Shown here: positions 57,849-64,000 of the stretch, one piece after another
Layout: every line of letters starts with the position of its first letter
Numbering within the stretch: the stretch's first letter is position 1
Assembly: GCA_965242965.1 (NCBI GenBank)
Contig: OZ251518.1
Coordinates: forward strand, 1,824,001 to 1,888,000
Source of the DNA: Candidatus Poribacteria bacterium
GTDB taxonomy: Bacteria > Poribacteria > WGA-4E > WGA-3G
Length of the DNA stretch: 64,000 bases
Reading direction: 5' to 3'
Notes under the pieces: model-generated
Told to the model about the DNA's origin: nothing
The model's database searches: none
What the model saw: the letters and a program-made list of their open reading frames with translations, nothing else
Position numbers and translations under genes: made by a program

Positions 57849-59144
57849 TTAATTGGGCGCGAGGGCGATTGACAATTCCGCCTCCGTCGCGAGTGCATCG
57901 TCAACATACGCCTGTCCTTTGATGCGCGCCAGCGTGCTACGACGCTGGACAACTTCGATCTCCAAGCGGAGCTGGTCCCCCGGTACAACCGCTCTCCGAA
58001 ACGTCGCCTTACTGATAGTGCGGAAGTACCCGAGCTGCCCCTCCTTGCCGATTTCCTGCAGCACCAGCCACGCCGCCAATTGTGCCAATGCCTCGACTTG
58101 CAACACCCCCGGCATGACAGGTTGCGCGGGGAAATGTCCTTCAAACACCCGCTCGTTATACGTCACGTTTTTGATGCCGATGGCGTATTTGCCGTTCTCA
58201 TACTCAAGCACTCTGTCCACGAGACACATCGGGTGCCGGTGCGGTAGAATGCGGTAAATCTCCTTCACATCGACTGGCTGTTGCGCTGTCTTGAGGAGCC
58301 CCTTCTCGGCGAGCGTCTGCACAAATTTCGCGTGGAACGTGTGCCCAGTGCGCATCGCGATGACGTGCGTCTTCTTAAAAATGTGCGGTAGACACCCCGC
58401 CAGGCAAAGATCTCCAACGAGATCGAGGATTTTATGGCGCACAAACTCGTCTGGAAAGCGCAGCGGCGTGCTCGGCGCGCCATCGGTGCCAATAACGACG
58501 ACATTCTCATAACTCGCACCTTTCCCTATGCCGAGGGACTGCAGTGCAGCTATCTCACTCTCAAAACAGAAACTCCGTGCCGGCGCGATGTCACGGAGAT
58601 AAGCCTCCGGTGTGATTTGCAACGTGACGATTTGCGGTGCGGTTTGCGGATGCGCGTAAACGAACGTCACCTGCAACGCATCCGCCGGGTGCAACACGAG
58701 CTGCCGTTCTCCTTCTGAAAAGGCGAACGCATCCGAAAGTTCTATGGCGCGGCGTTCAGCATTTTCTTGCGCTACCACACCGACGCGCTGGATTTCCTCG
58801 GCGTATGGCAACGCACTCCCGTCAAGCGCGGGCGGCTCAACGGCATCAAGTTCCACCACCGCATTGTCTACACCGAGGCATCCCAATGCGGAGAGAATGT
58901 GCTCAACGCTACTGACTGTTGTTTCCCCACTGCGCAAACTGGTGCAGCGCGGGAGGATGTCTGCCCAGTTTTCTGGACACACCTTGATTTCAGGGGCCCC
59001 TGCGATGTCCACGCGCCGGAAGACGATACCGTGGTCTGCCGGTGCGGGGCTCACGCTCAATGTAACGGGCGAGCCAAGCATCAACCCCTCACCCGAAAAT
59101 GTGATTTCATTCTGAAGTGTCTGCTGTGAATCAGCCTTTGGCAT
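57849..59144 (-). CDS. lpxC-fabZ: Bifunctional LpxC deacetylase / FabZ dehydratase
   Basis: VEHILSAL, LDGSA and RHKILDLVGD, then LPHRHP and FEGHFP...MPGVLQVEALAQ. Confidence 0.93.
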   Translation of the reverse strand: MPKADSQQTLQNEITFSGEGLMLGSPVTLSVSPAPADHGIVFRRVDIAGAPEIKVCPENWADILPRCTSLRSGETTVSSVEHILSALGCLGVDNAVVELDAVEPPALDGSALPYAEEIQRVGVVAQENAERRAIELSDAFAFSEGERQLVLHPADALQVTFVYAHPQTAPQIVTLQITPEAYLRDIAPARSFCFESEIAALQSLGIGKGASYENVVVIGTDGAPSTPLRFPDEFVRHKILDLVGDLCLAGCLPHIFKKTHVIAMRTGHTFHAKFVQTLAEKGLLKTAQQPVDVKEIYRILPHRHPMCLVDRVLEYENGKYAIGIKNVTYNERVFEGHFPAQPVMPGVLQVEALAQLAAWLVLQEIGKEGQLGYFRTISKATFRRAVVPGDQLRLEIEVVQRRSTLARIKGQAYVDDALATEAELSIALAPN

Positions 59145-59201
59145 TTGCTATGCAACCTTTCTTAACCGGTGGGCACGCTTCCACAGCGCGCCACCCATTT
59201 A

Positions 59202-59975
59202 TTAGATTTCTTTAATCGGCAATTCCAACGCCGCGCGGACGGTGCGGCGAATCTCTGTGCAGATGCGCACCGCTTCCTCAACATCATCCTTGTTCGCGAA
59301 GTAGCCGGGATAGCGGCCATCTACGGCATATTTGTCAAATGTCGCGACATCCTTTTCCCACGCCTGCCACGCCGGAATTGATGGCACAATCAGAGCCAGC
59401 AATTCTTTCAAATCGTGCGTCCGCGGCGAACGAAGATTCGCTTCCTGCAGCCACGCCTTGAGATATTTTTCAATGCACTGCTGCGCGTGGAAACAAATCG
59501 GATCAGAGACAGGCGTAGGTGATTGCTGAAGCCATTTTACAGCGGTATAATCGTCCTCAGCCTTCTGCACCAATTCCAATGTCAACGGGTTCACGAAACC
59601 TGTCTCATTCCATATCATCGGCACCGAGAATTTTTCGGCGAAAACTAGGTGCCCTGCTCCTTCGGTGGCATAAAGCACGTCGCCTTTTTCAAAGATGTCG
59701 CGCAGAAACCAGTCGTTGCGCGAGATACGATAGGCAATATCGTCCGGGGAACGAACGTGCAAATCAAGGCGGAACCGTTCGGGAATCCGCTTTTTAATGT
59801 CGCGTTCTTGCCGGCGCGTCTCCGAGCTCAGAACCGACATCACTACTAACAGATCGACATCCGAGTCCTTTGTCGGCGTGCCATACGCGTAGGAGCCGAA
59901 GAGGATAACTTGGAGCGGCGAAAATTCGCGCACGATGTCATCACACGTGGCTTGAATCGCTTTGAAGGGAATCAT
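59202..59975 (-). CDS. Fused minimal nucleotidyltransferase (MNT) - HEPN domain protein
   Basis: AGGAGG RBS; LFGSYAYG...DSDVDL (MNT); CFHAQQCIEKYLKA, THDL and RYP (HEPN). Confidence 0.85.
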   Translation of the reverse strand: MIPFKAIQATCDDIVREFSPLQVILFGSYAYGTPTKDSDVDLLVVMSVLSSETRRQERDIKKRIPERFRLDLHVRSPDDIAYRISRNDWFLRDIFEKGDVLYATEGAGHLVFAEKFSVPMIWNETGFVNPLTLELVQKAEDDYTAVKWLQQSPTPVSDPICFHAQQCIEKYLKAWLQEANLRSPRTHDLKELLALIVPSIPAWQAWEKDVATFDKYAVDGRYPGYFANKDDVEEAVRICTEIRRTVRAALELPIKEI

Positions 59976-59992
59976 GAAGTCCGCCTCCTTGC

Positions 59993-60022
59993 AGTATAAC
60001 ATGAAAACGTGACAACTGTCAA
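59993..60022 (-). promoter_or_regulatory. sigma70 promoter with overlapping palindrome TGACA-AC-TGTCA
   Basis: Minus strand TTGACA-18-TATACT; palindrome at 60010-60021. Confidence 0.55.
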
Positions 60023-60200
60023 CTGCCTCATTCGGTTTTAATGAAATGCCTCTGGTAAGAGAGACATCCCTGGCGCGATGCAGTGACATTGACGTTCGCG
60101 GGGGACAGGCCCCCGCGCTACGGTGGGCCGATGCTTCTCTGTAGGAGAGACATTGACGTTCGCGGGGGACAGGCCCCCGCGCTACGGTGGCCTCGATGCC

Positions 60201-61229
60201 TTATCGGCCTCCCCGGTCTCGCCTATTTTTTCGCTGCATCTTTTGAACGATCCGATTATGTTCACGGATTGTTTTCGAGAAGTGATGCTTTCCTTCGCCT
60301 ATCGCCATGAAAAAGAAGTAGTCTGTCTTTTCTGGTTGCAGTGCCGCCCGAATTGAAGCGAGACCGGGATTACATATCGCTCCCGGTGGCAACCCCTTAT
60401 GCTGATACGTATTGTAAGGCGAATCCACTTTCCAATCTGCCCTGGTGAGCAGGCGTTCAGGGTTACCGAGCGCGTAAGCCACCGTCGGGTCTGCGTTCAA
60501 CAGCCAGTTGTGCTTGAGTCGGTTATGGAAAACACTCGCAATTCTCGGCCGCTCTGAAGCAGTGCCAGCCTCTTTCTCAATGATGGATGCCAAGATGATA
60601 ATTTCGTGCCTTGTGAATTTCTTGTTTCCTACCTCAACCTCGTCCAACCCGCCTGCCGCTTCGTCCCACTGCCGGTTGAATTCTGCCAGCATCATCTCGA
60701 CAACCGTATCTGCACCGGTGCCTTTCGCGAACTTGTAGGTATTCGGAAAAAGATAGCCTTCAGCGGTTTCCTGTTTTTCCAAAAACTCCGGTGACGTAGT
60801 TGCCGCGAGGAATTCCGCTGCCGTGCCAAAGCCAGCGGTTTCCCAAAGTTCTGCGATAGCAATTGTGGTGAGTCCCTCTGGTACTGTCCAACTCTCCAAA
60901 GTGACATATCCTTTTTGCAGTTCATCTAAGATTTGCATTAAGGACATATTCCGCCGCAGTTGATAACTGCCAGCTTTTAACTGCGTGTCGGCACCTCGGT
61001 ATCGGAGGGCAATCCGAAAGGCGAGCTCACTCCGAATTAACCGCTCGGCGACTAGCTGCTTCGCGATTGTCCGCGAACTAGTTCCTGTCTGCACATTGAA
61101 GAGAACGACTTCGTCCCCACTTCCCCCAGGTGATGAGAGGTAATATCCTAGCAGGGAGCCACCGACAAGCAGCGCGATGCCGATGCACCCGAGTGTATAG
61201 AGGGAAAGTCGGCGCGCGGTTTTTCGCAT
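60201..61229 (-). CDS. mltG: Endolytic transglycosylase
   Basis: EGYLFPNTY, LASIIEKE, SPYNTY and GLPPGAICNPG. Confidence 0.95.
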   Translation of the reverse strand: MRKTARRLSLYTLGCIGIALLVGGSLLGYYLSSPGGSGDEVVLFNVQTGTSSRTIAKQLVAERLIRSELAFRIALRYRGADTQLKAGSYQLRRNMSLMQILDELQKGYVTLESWTVPEGLTTIAIAELWETAGFGTAAEFLAATTSPEFLEKQETAEGYLFPNTYKFAKGTGADTVVEMMLAEFNRQWDEAAGGLDEVEVGNKKFTRHEIIILASIIEKEAGTASERPRIASVFHNRLKHNWLLNADPTVAYALGNPERLLTRADWKVDSPYNTYQHKGLPPGAICNPGLASIRAALQPEKTDYFFFMAIGEGKHHFSKTIREHNRIVQKMQRKNRRDRGGR

Positions 61230-61661
61230 TTAACCTTTGTTCCCCTCTTTGCGCTGACGCTCCAGATACTCGCTGAGGATAATCGTCGCGGCAACCTGGT
61301 CGATGATATCCTTCTGCTCTTTGGAATTTTTGTTCAGTTCACGCAGAACATCTTCCGCTTCAACAGTAGTGAACCGTTCGTCCCAAAATTCAATAGGCAC
61401 CTTGATAACCTTGCCTAGGCGTTGGGCGAACTTTTGCACGCTCCGCGCCTGCGTTCCGATAGTGCCGTCAAGCGAGATAGGTAACCCGATGATGACGCGT
61501 TCAACTTTGTGGATAGAAACCAGGTCAGAAATTGCCACCAGATCTACCTGTCGATTTTTGCGTGTCAGGGTGCATAACGGATGCGCGGCGATGCCGAGTT
61601 CGTCGCTGCGCGCCACGCCGATGCGTGCATCGCCGACATCCAATCCAAGTAAAACTCCCAT
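61230..61661 (-). CDS. ruvX: Holliday-junction-resolvase-like / pre-16S rRNA nuclease YqgF
   Basis: LGLDVGDARIGVA, IIGLP, WDERFTT and DQVAA. Confidence 0.93.
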   Translation of the reverse strand: MGVLLGLDVGDARIGVARSDELGIAAHPLCTLTRKNRQVDLVAISDLVSIHKVERVIIGLPISLDGTIGTQARSVQKFAQRLGKVIKVPIEFWDERFTTVEAEDVLRELNKNSKEQKDIIDQVAATIILSEYLERQRKEGNKG

Positions 61662-61810
61662 AATCGTGCCTCTTTTTCGTATGTCCTAGCCATGGTTTGA
61701 CGTTGTCAAAACTTGCATAGTTTTCAAACTTAGCCAAGGTGCCGGTGCCCAGTGCGTTAGCGGAAACGCAGGTGGGGCCGCCTTGAACCGAACGCTTGGT
61801 GACATCTACT

Positions 61811-63583
61811 TTAGAACCGTCCTGAACGGATGATAGAAATAACTAACCCGAATCCGAAGAACGTAGCGGTAGCGTAGCCCATAATGCCGAGGAAAAACTT
61901 CCATTCCCAGAGTGCAGCGTTTTGTAGGATAAACGACGAACCGATGATGAGAGAGGCGATAATGAGACTGAACGCGACCCGGTTGATGCCCCGGTCAAAC
62001 GCCTTCAGGGCTGCTTCAAGGCTGAGATGTTCCAATTCAAACTTGAGGGAACCGCGCTGTAACTTTTGCAAGATGCGGCGCAGTTGCAGCGGCAGATCTC
62101 GGGCCAATTCGGTGAAATCTTCTCCTGAATCGGCGAACCGCCGGGCCCACCGGGCTGCATGTCGCTCTTGCGCGAGGAACTGCGCGAGAAACGGCTGACT
62201 GAATTCCAAGATATTGAAACCCGGGTCCAGTTTCATGACAGCCGATTCCACGGTTGCAACCGTCTTGCTAAGCATGAGAAACGCCGGCGGCACATGGATC
62301 TGATGCCGCAGCGATGCGTTAAATACCTCGTGAATTACCTCGCCGATGCGGTGTCTATCCGGCGGCATGGTGAAGTAACGTTCCAAAAAATCGTGCATCT
62401 CTAGTTTGAGCGCAGCGATGTCGGTTTCATCACCAAGGATGCCCATCCGAATGTAACTTCGGACGATGGTATCCACATCGCGGGTGAGAACTGCGCCAAG
62501 CCACGTGCAGATGTGTTGCAGCATGTCATCGCTAATCCTGCCTACCATTCCAAAATCGACGAGTCCGATTCTGCTATCTTCTAAAACGAAGACGTTCCCC
62601 GGGTGCGGGTCCGCGTGAAAATAGCCATCGCCGAGGACTTGCGCATAAAACAACTCGACAAGCGTCTCGGCGAGTTGCCCCCGGTCAAACCCCTTTTCGT
62701 CTAACTGCGCGACCGCGTCGATGGGAATCCCGTCAATCCGTTCGACTGTCAAGACGCGTCGATTCGTGAATTCCCAATGGACTTTAGGAATCTTCACCTG
62801 TGCGGAATCTGCGAACCGGTGATAAAAGGCATCCGTATTCGCCGCTTCCAGCGTAAAATCAATCTCCTTCTGAATGGAACGCGAAAATTCGCGAACGAGC
62901 TCTGTCGGTTTGAAGAGATGGCTTTCCGGGCTGTGGTTTTCAAGCCGTTCTGCTAACTCCATCAAGAGACTCAGGTCTGTCTGAATTATCGCTGCGACGC
63001 GCGGGCGTTGCACTTTCACAACGACCGGCTCGTTATCCGCCAATGTTGCGGCATGCACCTGCGCGATTGATGCCGCCGCGAACGGCTGCTGTGCGAAGGT
63101 TGCGAATACCTCCTCAAGCGGCTTCTTGAATTCTTGTTCTATCGTCGCTCGGACTTCGTCAAAATCGAAGGGTTGTGCATGCCGCTGTAATTTTTGGAAC
63201 TCGGTAATCCACGCCAACGCCTCTTCCTGTCCGACGATTTCGGAGAGGATGTCCACCCGCGTGCTCAGCACCTGTCCTAATTTAATAAAGGTCGGTCCTA
63301 ACTCTTCAAATGCGAGCCGCAGGCGTTCTGGGACAGAAATGAGCGGTACCGGGACGCTTTCATCGCCTTGGTTGCGCGTTCTGCGGAGTCGCCACCACTT
63401 CCGTTTGGCGGTGCCTTCCTGCACTCTCCGCGCGAGCCCTCTTCCGAATCCGAAGCGGGTTGTGCGTCCCCGGCCAAAGATTTGCGAGATGATGTGTCCA
63501 AAGCCGTGCCGTGCGAAGACGCTAATAATTTCGGGCAAGCGTTTTGCACTTTTAAGTTTGCGGTTGAGGTTCAGAATTGGCAT
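61811..63583 (-). CDS. ABC1/UbiB-family atypical kinase
   Basis: ELGPTFIKLGQ, AASIAQVH, VKVQRP, FHADPHPGN and DFGMVG; C-terminal TM helices. Confidence 0.92.
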   Translation of the reverse strand: MPILNLNRKLKSAKRLPEIISVFARHGFGHIISQIFGRGRTTRFGFGRGLARRVQEGTAKRKWWRLRRTRNQGDESVPVPLISVPERLRLAFEELGPTFIKLGQVLSTRVDILSEIVGQEEALAWITEFQKLQRHAQPFDFDEVRATIEQEFKKPLEEVFATFAQQPFAAASIAQVHAATLADNEPVVVKVQRPRVAAIIQTDLSLLMELAERLENHSPESHLFKPTELVREFSRSIQKEIDFTLEAANTDAFYHRFADSAQVKIPKVHWEFTNRRVLTVERIDGIPIDAVAQLDEKGFDRGQLAETLVELFYAQVLGDGYFHADPHPGNVFVLEDSRIGLVDFGMVGRISDDMLQHICTWLGAVLTRDVDTIVRSYIRMGILGDETDIAALKLEMHDFLERYFTMPPDRHRIGEVIHEVFNASLRHQIHVPPAFLMLSKTVATVESAVMKLDPGFNILEFSQPFLAQFLAQERHAARWARRFADSGEDFTELARDLPLQLRRILQKLQRGSLKFELEHLSLEAALKAFDRGINRVAFSLIIASLIIGSSFILQNAALWEWKFFLGIMGYATATFFGFGLVISIIRSGRF

Positions 63584-63645
63584 AACGGACTTTCCATCTT
63601 TCCATAGACGCGCGCTGTTTCAGAGTTTTCTACCCTACTCTTTAA

Positions 63646-63713
63646 ATTTTAGCATGAAAAGGAAAATAGAGTCAAGAAAAAATTTGACTTTACCGAGAGG
63701 AATGTGATATAAT
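63646..63713. promoter_or_regulatory. Divergent sigma70 promoters
   Basis: Minus strand TTGACT-18-TAAAAT; plus strand TTGACT-18-TATAAT. Confidence 0.55.
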
Positions 63714-63739
63714 AAAAAAACAACACGGAGCAACACCCT

Positions 63740-64000
63740 ATGGAAAAACGACAAACACGAACTTTTGAAACGCGCGGGCCGGTGATGCCTGAACGGAACT
63801 ACGTCGTTCAGCGCGGTGAAGAGCTCGCCGATTTTATCAACCGCGTCAAACTGGGACGTTACATCGTCCTCTTTGCGCCACGTCAGACAGGGAAGACGAC
63901 GTTCTTCCGCACGGCGATGCGGACGCTATCGGCAGCAGAGCCGGTTTATTTCCCGGTCCAACTCAATTTTGAACGGTATGAAGGCTGGCCGCTGCAGGAG
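63740..64000 (+). CDS. AAA-like ATPase, paralog of 27555-29174 (truncated by the window edge)
   Basis: FETRGPV...RYIVLFAPRQTGKTTFF. Confidence 0.85.
   Translation, partial: MEKRQTRTFETRGPVMPERNYVVQRGEELADFINRVKLGRYIVLFAPRQTGKTTFFRTAMRTLSAAEPVYFPVQLNFERYEGWPLQE

Noticed and set aside
57849-59144. LpxC-FabZ fusion as a novelty
   Set aside because: A known fusion in Bacteroidota and several other phyla.

Overview
Bacterial chromosomal window of moderate-to-high GC. It is probably from Candidatus Poribacteria or a similar sponge symbiont; this is inferred from the dockerin-like/FlgD-CTD secreted proteins, lamin-tail and LRR proteins, multiple sulfatases and dense palindromic repeats. Contents in order: (1) a TPR membrane protein behind three tandem sigma70 promoters; (2) moaA and an extended suf cluster (sufCBD, CGWS glutaredoxin, sufS, sufU, Rieske ferredoxin, sufT, DUF971, rhodanese); (3) a methyltransferase-endonuclease fusion, sialate O-acetylesterase, an enolase-superfamily dehydratase and a TrpD-like protein; (4) a ~29 kb Wzx/Wzy-type polysaccharide locus with four sulfotransferases and a clan GH-A (GH79-like) hydrolase, interrupted by an AAA-nuclease gene and a secreted LTD/LRR/sulfatase block; (5) a lamin-tail protein, an SDR, TonB, a SelW-like CxxU selenoprotein missed by the ORF track, lpxI-lpxA-lpxC/fabZ, an MNT-HEPN fusion, mltG, ruvX and a UbiB-family kinase. 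The strongest unexplained signal is a layered repeat system. Several GTAG-tagged palindrome (REP-like) families with covarying stems are assembled into mosaics, carried inside a TIR-bounded MITE with 8-bp target duplications, and inserted in frame into loops of at least five otherwise intact enzymes. No rRNA, tRNA, CRISPR array or transposase was recognised.
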